From Promethearchaeota archaeon (lineage in GTDB: Archaea > Asgardarchaeota > Hermodarchaeia > Hermodarchaeales > Hermodarchaeaceae): a stretch of DNA of 64,000 bases. The stretch is from NCBI GenBank assembly GCA_048938385.1, contig JBHLMG010000011.1, positions 11,975 through 75,974 of the forward strand. Reading direction: 5' to 3'. The notes under the pieces are model-generated. The model was given only the letters and a program-made list of their open reading frames with translations, did not search any database and was not told where the DNA came from. Position 1 is the first letter of the stretch; each line of letters opens with the position of its first letter. Positions 19,563 to 29,569 of the stretch are shown here, in pieces. Both the position numbers and the translations under genes were made by a program.

Positions 19563-22442
19563 TTGCAAGCACGGCGCTTGACGCTTATTTTCGTGGTGAT
19601 CACCAGTATTTTCATTAGTGCCATCATTTACCTGGTCATTGTTCAAGGCCCTCTTCTGTACAACCTCATCTTTGGTATCGGTGGCATCGTGGGACTCATC
19701 TTAAGTGTCCTTTCGCTTTTTATCGTGCCCAAAGAACGAGCCGAAGCTCCCCCTATGTACAAGCTAGAATCCATTTTGCGTAAAGGCGAATACATTAACC
19801 CTCAATTTCTTCGAGAGGATCCCGCCTGGGTGGATTTTGAATACAACCACTTTTACCCTCATCCTAAGGTTCCTGAACTTATCAGTCTCCTTGAAACCCC
19901 CTGGCCGTTCAAAGGGTCTAGTGCCACCCAATTAGGAAAGAAAGAACGAAGTGCTAAAGCGCCGCACCTCTATGTCACTGGACCTCCCAGTACAGGGAAA
20001 ACCATTCTGATGAAACAGCTCGGATTTCAACTAGCGCAAAAACAACGAGGACTCTTTCGTCAATCCCGACCCGTCTACCTGGTGGAATTCAAAACTCTCC
20101 CACCTGAAGCGGACATCATCGCTGGAGGTATCGATCGGCTCCTCGCCGCTATCAAGGAAGACGACAGTCGCTTCCAATACCTATTCCTTGATGATGTGCA
20201 CCTCAACCCACGGTTAGCCAATTCAATCACTAAACAGCTCTCTGGCAGCCAAACCGCCCTCATCTATTCAGGACGGTTAGGTTTTCAAGACCATTATCCT
20301 GCTAATGAAACCGAATTCTTACGGAGAGATCGCTTATCCCATGTAATAATCGAACTGGATCGAATACAAATACAAAACTTCGTGGACTGGTTTTCTCGCC
20401 AAACAAATCTCAATCCAGAATTACAGCCCCGACTCGATGAGCTTCAAAGGGAATGTGGCAACGATCTCTGGCTCCTTGGTCAACTCCTCTTATACTGGCT
20501 GGCTCATCCTGAGCACACTCCTACAGTAGATGACTTGTATCATACCATTGCGAACCATATTCGTGTTACTTACCGGGCCAACCCAGCATCCTGGACCGCT
20601 CTCATTTGTGTGGCTGGCTATTTTCAGTACGAATGGGGTGTACCTCAGGACTACCTGACAGCACAAGCAGGTATGGGACTTGCAGTGGAAACCATTGAAG
20701 GATTAAAGCAAACCCGTGACCTCACTGTCATTGAAGATATCGAAGCACGAGATCGTTCGAGGCAATCCATTGAACTAGGTTATCACCATTCCTCTAAAGC
20801 CCGGCACTGGTTTGGCGCTGGTCTAATCGCACCAGACTTGTGTCAGCACCTTCGGGATATCATCGACAACCGACTCTCTGAATTAAAATCTGAAAACCTC
20901 ATCGCAGATCTAGTCCAAACTTACATCCTCTTTTGTACTCGTACACCTACCATTCAGAATGCTGAAAAGGTTACTCATTTACTTCTTGATATTGGACAAA
21001 ATGATGTAGAACTTCTAGCAACAATAATTGAGCTTCGCTCAACAGAACTAAAGCGAATTCAAGAAGCGTGTACTCCCGAGGCCTTGGTCTTTGGCTGGGC
21101 TCAAATATACCGATTTCTCAATCAAAGGGATAAAGCCCTTGAAATATGTTCTAAAGCGTTGAAACTAAAAGAGTTTCCTGAAGCATATGACATGCAAGGA
21201 ACACTTTACTATGAAACAGGGCATGCGAAGAGCTGCTTAGAGGCCAATGAAAAAGCGTTTTCTCTCGCAGTCGAACAAGATAATAAGAAAATGCAGATTT
21301 CTGCTTTAGATGGAATAGGATGGATTCTGGCTGTTTTAGGCCAAATTGAAGAAGCGATAAAAAAACACAAAGCCGCAAGTGAAATCCTCCAAGGGCTCTC
21401 GGATCCGATGATAGAAGCTCAGCACCTTAATGCTTTTGCAACAACACTGGCAAATGCTGAACAACATGAAGAGAGCTTAGAGAAATACCAGCGGGCCCTA
21501 GAAATCATGGAAGAGATAGGCGATCGACGCGGATATGCGTCATACTTGGCGAACACAGCGATAACCATGATCAAAGTTGGTAGACTCGACAAAGCCACCG
21601 ATGCGGCTTATCGAGCCTTTTATGAACTTAAAGAAAGAGGACACATCCACAACGCCGCCTTGGCTCTTGGAAACATTGCGATGGTTCATTTTTTGAAGGG
21701 TGAACTAGAAGAAGGAGTAGATGTGGAACAAAAAGTTCATCAACTCCTTCTAGAGGCGAAAAGCAAAACCTTTGCGAGCATTAGGATGTTGATACGGACT
21801 AGAGCCCTCATAGAGTTGGGACGATTTGACGAAGCCCATGAAATCCTTGAAGCTGAAATCAAAGAAAATGAAGAACTCGATGAGCCCTGGATGGTTGCCT
21901 GGGCTCTCTCATTGATTAGCTATCTAGAGCTTTTACAAGGGAAATCTAAGGTTGCATTAAAAACTATCAAGAAAGCCTATGCCAAGGCTGAACATGAACC
22001 ACTTCTTAAGGCTTCTCAGCACCTTAATGTTCTGTGGATTTGGGGAAAAGTCCTGATCGACCTTGAACAACATGAAGCGGCATTAGCAAAGCTTTACCAA
22101 GGTCAAAAGGAATTCAAGGCATTTTCACCAGGGATCTTAATATCTGATTATTTAACAGACATTGGGTTTGCTTTGCTTGGCCTGTCACGATTCGACGAAG
22201 CAGAACAACAATTTCTTAAAGCCCAAGAAACTGCAGAAAGACTCAAAGCACCCTATATTCTTGTCCGTGTGTATTACGGATTAGCGTTAATGCATCTTCG
22301 CCTTAATCAGTATACACAAGCGTTAAGTCTTGTTGCCCAATCCCTGCAACTAAGCGAGAAGATGAAACTCGTTCCATTCCATACCGAATCCAAGGCATTG
22401 CAAACGGAAATTCAACGAGCCATGAATTCAACAAAGGATTAG
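19563..22442 (+). CDS. 2TM + STAND-like P-loop NTPase + TPR-repeat protein
   Basis: Two N-terminal hydrophobic helices, Walker A GPPSTGKT, Walker B YLFLDD, CGNDLWLL at the GxP-like position, and a long C-terminal TPR array. Confidence 0.75.
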   Translation: MQARRLTLIFVVITSIFISAIIYLVIVQGPLLYNLIFGIGGIVGLILSVLSLFIVPKERAEAPPMYKLESILRKGEYINPQFLREDPAWVDFEYNHFYPHPKVPELISLLETPWPFKGSSATQLGKKERSAKAPHLYVTGPPSTGKTILMKQLGFQLAQKQRGLFRQSRPVYLVEFKTLPPEADIIAGGIDRLLAAIKEDDSRFQYLFLDDVHLNPRLANSITKQLSGSQTALIYSGRLGFQDHYPANETEFLRRDRLSHVIIELDRIQIQNFVDWFSRQTNLNPELQPRLDELQRECGNDLWLLGQLLLYWLAHPEHTPTVDDLYHTIANHIRVTYRANPASWTALICVAGYFQYEWGVPQDYLTAQAGMGLAVETIEGLKQTRDLTVIEDIEARDRSRQSIELGYHHSSKARHWFGAGLIAPDLCQHLRDIIDNRLSELKSENLIADLVQTYILFCTRTPTIQNAEKVTHLLLDIGQNDVELLATIIELRSTELKRIQEACTPEALVFGWAQIYRFLNQRDKALEICSKALKLKEFPEAYDMQGTLYYETGHAKSCLEANEKAFSLAVEQDNKKMQISALDGIGWILAVLGQIEEAIKKHKAASEILQGLSDPMIEAQHLNAFATTLANAEQHEESLEKYQRALEIMEEIGDRRGYASYLANTAITMIKVGRLDKATDAAYRAFYELKERGHIHNAALALGNIAMVHFLKGELEEGVDVEQKVHQLLLEAKSKTFASIRMLIRTRALIELGRFDEAHEILEAEIKENEELDEPWMVAWALSLISYLELLQGKSKVALKTIKKAYAKAEHEPLLKASQHLNVLWIWGKVLIDLEQHEAALAKLYQGQKEFKAFSPGILISDYLTDIGFALLGLSRFDEAEQQFLKAQETAERLKAPYILVRVYYGLALMHLRLNQYTQALSLVAQSLQLSEKMKLVPFHTESKALQTEIQRAMNSTKD

Positions 22443-22618
22443 AGAGAACGGGACGAAAACTAATTTTCTATATCCCTTTTGATGTTTCCTGCCACTAGCG
22501 CAATGATTGTCCAAATGTCAGACCCTTAGCTATGTGAACACTCGCGAATTCTTTGAAGCATTGGAAGCTTGTGTGATTCCTATCCAACTTAAATCCACGA
22601 AGTAATCCAAACTCAGAA

Positions 22619-23872
22619 TCATCGAGGACTAAAAGTGGCTGAGTTATCAATGTGGGTTATAGTGCTTGTCAAGCCATTAAAGGTATTAGTGTCTAAAATG
22701 GCTTCCAAGTCAGCTACTATTGCTGCAGAGATACCTAATGTTTTACCTAGCAGTCCTTGCTGCCGAAGGGTCGCCAAGTCTGGAACCCCTTTCTCAATTT
22801 TCACTGCAAGCTCATAATAACGCTCCCATGAGGGTTTTGGATTCCCTAGGGTCACTGATTGATAAAATACAAAGTCTAGCAATCGATTTAACACCTGAAC
22901 ATTCGCTTTTGGTTCTTCCGATGGCATGTGGCGAATCGACCGGTCTGGGATTCCGACTTGTTGGCAGATTTTCCGACCTTGAATCATCACATTCACGGGC
23001 AGGCGATCGACGATTGGATGGCCATACATGTGATTGTTCGCATAGATGCTTTGAAGCTGATCGTAATGTTCTGGCACTTGGTGGCGAACTACATTGAAGA
23101 AGTAATCTTTTTGTCGTCCTGGTTTAAGGGTCATGCCGGCAAACAGGATGAATTCAGCATTCGCCTTCTTCGCCTCGATAGCAAGTCCTCGCATATTATC
23201 GTAGGTATCGCCAATGGTGGGGATCGTCGGATAGGCCATCACTCCACCATATAGGCCTGCGTTACGAATTTGTTTTAACGCATCAAATCGTTCCTGGGTC
23301 GAAGAGGATTTGGGTTCAAAAACGATTCTCACCTCTTCGTCATGAAGGGTGATGCTAAAACATACGCTGGCAAAAGCCTGCCTGTGGATCTCCTTCAAGA
23401 GGTCAAGATCTCGGAGAACGAGATTTGATTTGGTTAATATGAAGACAGGTAGACGAAAATCGTGTACAGTTTCAAGAACCTGTCTTGTCACTTTGTACTT
23501 TTCTTCGGCTGGTTGGTATGCATCGGATACGCCACCCGAAACGCCGATGATGATTTTTCGTGGTCCCTGGTCCATCAATTTTTCTGCGTCTTGGTCCTTT
23601 AGGAACCGAACTAAAGTATCTGATTGCATTGTGCTCTGGGATTGAAACTTTTGCCGTTCTAGTTCTCGCCGTAGTACCTGTGGAGCGTTTTCTTTGATGC
23701 GAATGTGTGTATAGAAGTTATCAATGCGGTAATACTGGCAGTGACCGTCACAGTAGACGCAGCCATGTTCGCAGCCTCGATAAGAGTTCATGGAGCGATT
23801 GCTGTGAAACCAAGCGTCACCATAAATTGGCTTGGAGAGCAGAGTTTTGGCTTGAATGGTTTCGTAACGCAT
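22619..23872 (-). CDS. Radical SAM protein (SPL/Rv2578c-like) with C-terminal HhH domain
   Basis: NSYRGCEHGCVYC, SDAYQPAE, LTKS..VLRDLDLL and FEP motifs. The start is moved to MRYET (23872). Confidence 0.85.
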   Translation of the reverse strand: MRYETIQAKTLLSKPIYGDAWFHSNRSMNSYRGCEHGCVYCDGHCQYYRIDNFYTHIRIKENAPQVLRRELERQKFQSQSTMQSDTLVRFLKDQDAEKLMDQGPRKIIIGVSGGVSDAYQPAEEKYKVTRQVLETVHDFRLPVFILTKSNLVLRDLDLLKEIHRQAFASVCFSITLHDEEVRIVFEPKSSSTQERFDALKQIRNAGLYGGVMAYPTIPTIGDTYDNMRGLAIEAKKANAEFILFAGMTLKPGRQKDYFFNVVRHQVPEHYDQLQSIYANNHMYGHPIVDRLPVNVMIQGRKICQQVGIPDRSIRHMPSEEPKANVQVLNRLLDFVFYQSVTLGNPKPSWERYYELAVKIEKGVPDLATLRQQGLLGKTLGISAAIVADLEAILDTNTFNGLTSTITHIDNSATFSPR

Positions 23873-24128
23873 GAGTGTCTCCACAGTTTTTGCTGTATAT
23901 TGCAGCGTGTATGGTAACATTAACCTTGTGTATTTCTGGAGAATTGAAATCAGGAACTGATCACGATTAGTCAGGGCTAGGGGTGGAAGGTTATCAGGTA
24001 TTAGACATGAAAACACATTGAGCATGTAATCTAATTGTTCATCGCCTTTTCAGGAGGGCGTAATACCACTAGGCTTTTCCTTAGCTTTTTTGGTGCTTGA
24101 TACGCTGACTTTGAATGGCTAAGAGGTG

Positions 24129-24497
24129 CTAGGTGTTATGGCACCCATTAATCTGTTCAATGACTTGGTAGATGAATTCACCAAACTGGCCAGTATCTTT
24201 GATTTTCGTTTTGATTTCACCACGGAGGATGGATTCATCCACACCCACATCGAGTTGGCTTAAAACCACAATTTCAGTGAGTAAGTCTAAGAGGAGGCGT
24301 TGTTCTCGACGCGATAGGTTCGGTCCGAGCTTATCTAAGAGGTAAAACGCGTCAGTGAACTGAAGACTTTCTACGGAGGCTAGTTGGGCAATAGCAGTAT
24401 TGGTGTCACCAGCAAGAAAGTCCTTCCCAATACGAAGAAGGCGTTCACAAGCCTTAGCGTGGTTTACTACTGTGTTTTTTTGTTTGCTTACTGACAT
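24129..24497 (-). CDS. Hypothetical helical protein
   Basis: Its ATG directly abuts the upstream stop (TAAATG); no recognised motif. Confidence 0.6.
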   Translation of the reverse strand: MSVSKQKNTVVNHAKACERLLRIGKDFLAGDTNTAIAQLASVESLQFTDAFYLLDKLGPNLSRREQRLLLDLLTEIVVLSQLDVGVDESILRGEIKTKIKDTGQFGEFIYQVIEQINGCHNT

Positions 24498-25166
24498 TTA
24501 TTCCCGCTCCCTTCTCGGCGTAATGCGAATCCGTTGAATATGATCTCCAAAATCGATGTGACCCACCCATTGCACCCGAACATCCCCAGCTATCCGTTTA
24601 AGCTGTCGCAAGAATTCTCTTTTGAAAAAACCACCAATGCCTGGCGGCGCAGTATTCACTACTTCACGAAACATGAAGTTTCGGATCACGATAACGAAGA
24701 ATTCTTGATCCTGGTTTAGACTAGCGTAGCAACCATAGGCGTTAAGGGCTTGAACAATTTGATCCAGACGGTCCTGAAGGCTTCCGCTTGGTTTATCGGG
24801 AAAAATTTGTTTCCACAGGATGCGTAAGCTTTGTCGGATCAGGTCGTTGATGGTTTTAGTATCGAAAGATTGGTTCAGTGTTTGTAAGAGTGCAGCGGTG
24901 ACTTGAGCGGTTTTTTGAGGGAATAAAGTGAGGGCGAGGGGTGTGAGTGAGTAAAGACGCTTTGGACGGCCACGCTCAGCGGGTTCGCGGCGAGAAGATA
25001 CTAGTCCAGCAAGTTCCATGGCATCGAGGTGGTTGCGTATGGCGCTGATATTGATGTCTAGACGGTTTGCTAGGGTAACTGCATTAGCATCGGCATCCAG
25101 TAGGTGCTCTAAAATGGCTCGGCGAGTCCCTGTAATCATTGGGGAGAGTTGGTTGTCCGATGTCAC
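24498..25166 (-). CDS. ArsR/SufR-like HTH transcriptional regulator
   Basis: RRAILEHL...AIRNHLDAM..AGLV...GRPKRLYSLT motif. Confidence 0.85.
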   Translation of the reverse strand: MTSDNQLSPMITGTRRAILEHLLDADANAVTLANRLDINISAIRNHLDAMELAGLVSSRREPAERGRPKRLYSLTPLALTLFPQKTAQVTAALLQTLNQSFDTKTINDLIRQSLRILWKQIFPDKPSGSLQDRLDQIVQALNAYGCYASLNQDQEFFVIVIRNFMFREVVNTAPPGIGGFFKREFLRQLKRIAGDVRVQWVGHIDFGDHIQRIRITPRRERE

Positions 25167-25211
25167 GGTGCTGAACCTTGTTCAATCCCGTGCCGTTCTT
25201 ATATTTAAATC

Positions 25212-25239
25212 ATTATAAACACTATAAAGTGACTATAAT
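25212..25239. promoter_or_regulatory. Palindromic operator candidate
   Basis: ATTATA-AA-CACT-ATAA-AGTG-AC-TATAAT lies just upstream of the minus-strand TATA (TTTAAATA, about 25202-25209) of the HTH gene. Confidence 0.6.
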
Positions 25240-25328
25240 ATAGCTCATGAACGATTTTAGAATGAAAAGCAAATCACACTGCCGCGCAATCAACGCAACA
25301 TTGCACAAACAGTCTTGCTCAAATTTGC

Positions 25329-26597
25329 CTATTCGTAGCGCAGTGCTTTGACCGGATCGAGCTTTGCGGCCTTGCGCGCAGGGTAGTAAGCAAAGATGAC
25401 GCTCACCAGCATAGCAAAACCAATTGCGATTAAGATCGTGTCCAATGGGAGTACAGGAACTAATGTGATGGAGCCACCGCTGAAACCTCCGAATCCTCCA
25501 AATTCGCCTCCAAAACCACTTGACATCCCGCTAAAGAGCAAGGGCAACATTAAACCCATTGCGTAAGCGAGAACCCAACCCACAAGAATTCCAACTAGTC
25601 CTCCGATGATACCAAGAAGAACAGCTTCAGTGAGGAATTGACTTAGAATATTTCGGTCTTTAGCCCCTATGGCTTTCATTATGCCAATTTCACGAGTTCG
25701 TTCCATTACCGAGACTAACATGATGTTGAGAATCGATATTCCTGCAACGAGCAAGGCAATAGAGGCAATAGCTAACAAAAAGACCTCCATGATATCAAAG
25801 ACGCCTGAGACCGTGTTAATAATGAAGGTAGGTACGATCACAAGAACCTGATCTTCAAAAGCGCTCTCGATTTCGTCTGCAATTTCATCGGCTTGAGATG
25901 CATCTTCGATTCGGACAAGGATCATATCTACAGCTTCCGAGTCGAAAAGGGTTTGATAGGTTTCCAGAGGAATGAATACGGATCGATCAAAAGGAAGCAT
26001 TCCTGAAGATCCGACCTCTTCCAGAACACCACCTACAATGAATGACACATTCACTGGAGCAAAACCAAAAGGTGGAATTCGTACAAGGATTTCAGCTGTG
26101 ATGTTGTCACCAACGGACGCAATCGGATCTTGAAGATAGCCTATCATACACGAATCATTAGATCCAAGATCTAGGAATCCACCTTCGGCGAATTCTAAAC
26201 GGTGTCCATACACCACTTCAAGGTTAGTGAAATTCACACCCACCAATCGTGTTTCAAGTGTTCCGCCTGTTTCATTGTAGACGGTCGTTCCCGTCTGTGA
26301 AAAGCCTAAAGTTCCAACAACTCCAGTGATGTTCTCGATTAGCTGAGTGTCGTTCAAATTGAGTGAGAATGCTCCTCCTCCACCAAGGAATCCACCACCT
26401 GGCATTACTGTCAGAATGTCCATGTCAAGCCCTTCAGTGAGTTGTGTGGTTATTTGCGCTTCGAAACCTCCGCTAAGAGCAGAGATGGAGACGACGGCCA
26501 TAATGCCCACTACGATACCCAAGGTTGTGAGCGCTGTACGTGTTTTCCGCCGTCGCATGTTTGTGAAGGCTAATCCGAGGATGTTGCGTATGTTCAT
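25329..26597 (-). CDS. ABC transporter permease (MacB/FtsX)
   Basis: RTALTTLGIVVG, VSVMERTREIGIMKAIGA and PARKAAKLDPV motifs. Confidence 0.93.
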   Translation of the reverse strand: MNIRNILGLAFTNMRRRKTRTALTTLGIVVGIMAVVSISALSGGFEAQITTQLTEGLDMDILTVMPGGGFLGGGGAFSLNLNDTQLIENITGVVGTLGFSQTGTTVYNETGGTLETRLVGVNFTNLEVVYGHRLEFAEGGFLDLGSNDSCMIGYLQDPIASVGDNITAEILVRIPPFGFAPVNVSFIVGGVLEEVGSSGMLPFDRSVFIPLETYQTLFDSEAVDMILVRIEDASQADEIADEIESAFEDQVLVIVPTFIINTVSGVFDIMEVFLLAIASIALLVAGISILNIMLVSVMERTREIGIMKAIGAKDRNILSQFLTEAVLLGIIGGLVGILVGWVLAYAMGLMLPLLFSGMSSGFGGEFGGFGGFSGGSITLVPVLPLDTILIAIGFAMLVSVIFAYYPARKAAKLDPVKALRYE

Positions 26598-27382
26598 TGA
26601 AGCGTCACCTCTGCACCACCAACGCGTTCATTAACGAATTTTCCATCACTCATCTCTATGACCCGGTCAGCTACCGATGTCAGCCGTTGGTCATGGCCAA
26701 CTACAATAAGGGTCAGTCCCTGTGTTTTGGTAAGGTTTCGTAGGAGGGTGATGATTTCAGCACCTGTTTTTGAATCAAGGTTGCCAGTAGGTTCATCGGC
26801 TAGAATGATGCGGGGATTATTTGCCAATGCACGGGCGATGGCTACTCGTTGCTGTTCGCCTCCACTAAGTTCAGATGGAATGTGGTGGCGTCTTTCACCC
26901 AGACCGATCATTGTCAAGAGTTCTTCTGCTCGTTTTCGTGCTGTGGCTGTTGGGACATCTGCGAACTTGAGAGGGAGTTCAACATTGGTTTGTGCTGTGA
27001 GTTGAGGCATGAGGTTGAAAAATTGGAAGACGAATCCAATGCGATGAAGCCGGACTTCAGCGAGCTTTTTGTTGTCCAAAGTGGACAAGTCGAGGCCTTC
27101 GATGAAGACTTTGCCTTCTGTCGGTTGATCAAGAGCTCCAATCAGGTGGAGCAAGGTGGATTTTCCACTACCAGAAACGCCTAAAATTGTAACAAATTCT
27201 CCTCGACGCACTTGTAGGTCAATCCCGCGGAGAGCGTGGACTTCAACGGTACCCATTTGGTAGGTTCTATGCAAGTTAATGGTTTCAATGGTATACGCTG
27301 ATGTGCGAGATTGGTAATCATACAAGGCGGCAGTGAATTCCGCGCTCTCAGATTCTGGGTATTCTGTCAAATTCTTCACCAT
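26594..27382 (-). CDS. ABC transporter ATP-binding protein (LolD/MacB-type)
   Basis: GVSGSGKST, LSGGEQQR and ILADEPTGNLD motifs. Confidence 0.95.
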   Translation of the reverse strand: MVKNLTEYPESESAEFTAALYDYQSRTSAYTIETINLHRTYQMGTVEVHALRGIDLQVRRGEFVTILGVSGSGKSTLLHLIGALDQPTEGKVFIEGLDLSTLDNKKLAEVRLHRIGFVFQFFNLMPQLTAQTNVELPLKFADVPTATARKRAEELLTMIGLGERRHHIPSELSGGEQQRVAIARALANNPRIILADEPTGNLDSKTGAEIITLLRNLTKTQGLTLIVVGHDQRLTSVADRVIEMSDGKFVNERVGGAEVTLQ

Positions 27383-27475
27383 TTGTTAGAAGGTCCTTCG
27401 GTGATGGGAAATTTATGATTCTAAAAAACATGAAATTAAACAACACATATAAGCTTTTGCGATTAATTATATGCT

Positions 27476-27967
27476 ATGTCGTTTCCTCCCTTCTTTCAAC
27501 GACCCAAGGGCGTCTTGCTTCGAATCACAATTCTGCGGTTGCTGACTGATGGGCCCATGCATGGATATGAGATCATGAAACGCATTGAACAAGATACTGA
27601 TGGGCGTTGGGTTCCATCGCATTCGCTCCTCTATAACACTTTAGGTCGCCTTAGAGATCAGGGACTCTTATCAGATCAGCCGGATCTCAAAGGGAAGGTA
27701 GAAAGAACCGTTTACAAGATTACAGACCGAGGGAGGAATCATTTAGATGAAGCACTGACCCAAATGGCTCAAATGATTTCCAATATGTTAAGTTCCATTC
27801 ATGACAAACCTATACCTCGTTTACCTAGACTTCTCATGGACCAGTTACCACCGGAGGAAGTTCACGATCTCCTAATCAAAATGCGAAATAAATTCGAGGA
27901 GGTTATCGAATCCATTGATGAGGAGCTTCAGGCTGTCGAGGGGCGATTAAAGAAATCAGGTGGCTAG
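27476..27967 (+). CDS. PadR-family regulator, divergent from the ABC exporter
   Basis: PMHGYEIM...LYNTL.RL...RTVYKIT..G motif. A TATA-like element about 25 nt upstream suggests a leaderless mRNA. Confidence 0.9.
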   Translation: MSFPPFFQRPKGVLLRITILRLLTDGPMHGYEIMKRIEQDTDGRWVPSHSLLYNTLGRLRDQGLLSDQPDLKGKVERTVYKITDRGRNHLDEALTQMAQMISNMLSSIHDKPIPRLPRLLMDQLPPEEVHDLLIKMRNKFEEVIESIDEELQAVEGRLKKSGG

Positions 27968-28680
27968 CTCTTCTTCGCGTCGAGGTACATCTTGTTCATC
28001 GCATTAAGGTATTCTTTCTCAGGAACTAGAGGTTGACTGATAACCCGCAAGATCTCGCCCGTTATTCGTCCCTTCTCAATCAATTGCGAGCCAGCGATTT
28101 TCAAGGCATCAAATACTTCTTTGGTTTTCTCGTTGCCATTTCTGAGTTCAGATGCGTGAGGGCGCAGTACAGCACCAGTAAATTCAGTGTTTGCGTCTAA
28201 TGCGAGTTCTTTGGCAATTCGAAGTACAGTGTCGCAGTTTTCGATTTCCCACCAGCCACTTGTGCAAATCAAGACTATCTTCGATATCTTCGTTGATGAG
28301 GGAAAGCGTGCCCGGGTTCGACCATCGATGATTTCAAGGTAGGGCTCAACGATGGGACAAAGGCGGTTTAGGAAGTTCTGCATAGCACCAGGTAAAGGAA
28401 TGTAAACAGGTGTAGCTAAAACAAGAATATCTGTTTCACGAAGTTTTGGGTATAGTGTTAACATGTCATCCTTATGAATGCATTCACCGACTTTTTTAAA
28501 CCAGCATTGGAAATCACCGATACATGGATTAATTTTCAGGCGTGTGGCGTAGAAGAGCTCAACTTTTGCACCCGCTTTCTTCATACCTTCAATAAAGGGT
28601 GTTAGGACCATGGCAGTATTACCCTTTTCTAACCGGGGGCTACCGTTCATAACAAAAACGCGCGTCATAGAACTCACCAA
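27964..28680 (-). CDS. Iron-sulfur flavoprotein / flavodoxin-family protein
   Basis: NGSPRLEKGNT, CIGDFQC....EC and ATPVY motifs. Confidence 0.85.
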   Translation of the reverse strand: MVSSMTRVFVMNGSPRLEKGNTAMVLTPFIEGMKKAGAKVELFYATRLKINPCIGDFQCWFKKVGECIHKDDMLTLYPKLRETDILVLATPVYIPLPGAMQNFLNRLCPIVEPYLEIIDGRTRARFPSSTKISKIVLICTSGWWEIENCDTVLRIAKELALDANTEFTGAVLRPHASELRNGNEKTKEVFDALKIAGSQLIEKGRITGEILRVISQPLVPEKEYLNAMNKMYLDAKKS

Positions 28681-28757
28681 TAGCTAGACGGTTCAGTATC
28701 AAGGAGGGGTGTCCCTCCTTAAAGAACTAAGCTTCAGAATGGTGGATGAGCCAAAGG

Positions 28758-29324
28758 CTAGAATTTGATTTCTACAGATTCTAAACTACAAGTTGTGAAA
28801 AATTCTTTTCCAGTATGTTGCACTGGTCGATATTTTGTTATGTCCCAGACCTTTGTGAAGTATCCATCCATGACGGTAGCAGCCACGATTTCTCCTACGA
28901 TGAGATCGTGGTCGCCTGCCTCAAATGTTTTCCAGACCTTACATTCAAGGTGCGCGATGCATTCTTCAATAAGGGGTGCATGGACTATCTTCGCTTTTCG
29001 GGGAGTGAGTGGGAGTTCAGCAAATTTATCAATATTTTTACCGCTTATGCGCCCAGCTTTCAAGACTTTTTCAGCCATATCAAATGTGGGAATGTTAACG
29101 ACGAACTCGCCCGTTTTTTCGATGGCTTTGTAAGTAAATCGGCTTTTTCGAAGACTCATGGTAACTAGGGGCGGCTTAACACTGGTAGGAGTTATCCATG
29201 CCACAGCTGCTACATTATTTTGCCCATCAGGGGTTTTCGTACTGATTAAGGTGGCATTCAACGGATGAAGGAGATACAAGGAATTATCAAGAGGAACTGC
29301 AGATTTGTGGGGGCCTTCTGTCAT
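28758..29324 (-). CDS. Flavin reductase (flavoredoxin) family protein
   Basis: GEFVVN, SGK..DKF, AHLECKV and GDHDLIVGEI motifs. Confidence 0.9.
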   Translation of the reverse strand: MTEGPHKSAVPLDNSLYLLHPLNATLISTKTPDGQNNVAAVAWITPTSVKPPLVTMSLRKSRFTYKAIEKTGEFVVNIPTFDMAEKVLKAGRISGKNIDKFAELPLTPRKAKIVHAPLIEECIAHLECKVWKTFEAGDHDLIVGEIVAATVMDGYFTKVWDITKYRPVQHTGKEFFTTCSLESVEIKF

Positions 29325-29569
29325 ACAAAATAACTTCCTTTCGAGTTTGTTGGCTCAAGCCCACAAGGGTAAAAGCTTGAGGAAATTAAGTCATTCGCTA
29401 TTACCTATAAAGGCATACCAGTTACTAGATGTTTTTGTTGTGTTATTATTCAGGTTTTTCCAGACGGGCTTCTGTGCGAGCAGGTTAAACTGATTATTCA
29501 CCCTGCCTTGAACACTTCTCTTAAGAGTCCTGAGGATTTTAATACCTCCAACACCTTCCTACTCACTGA

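Noticed and set aside
27446-27473. CATATAA-N14-TTATATG as a PadR operator
   Set aside because: It is equally explained by two opposing TATA boxes of the divergent genes.
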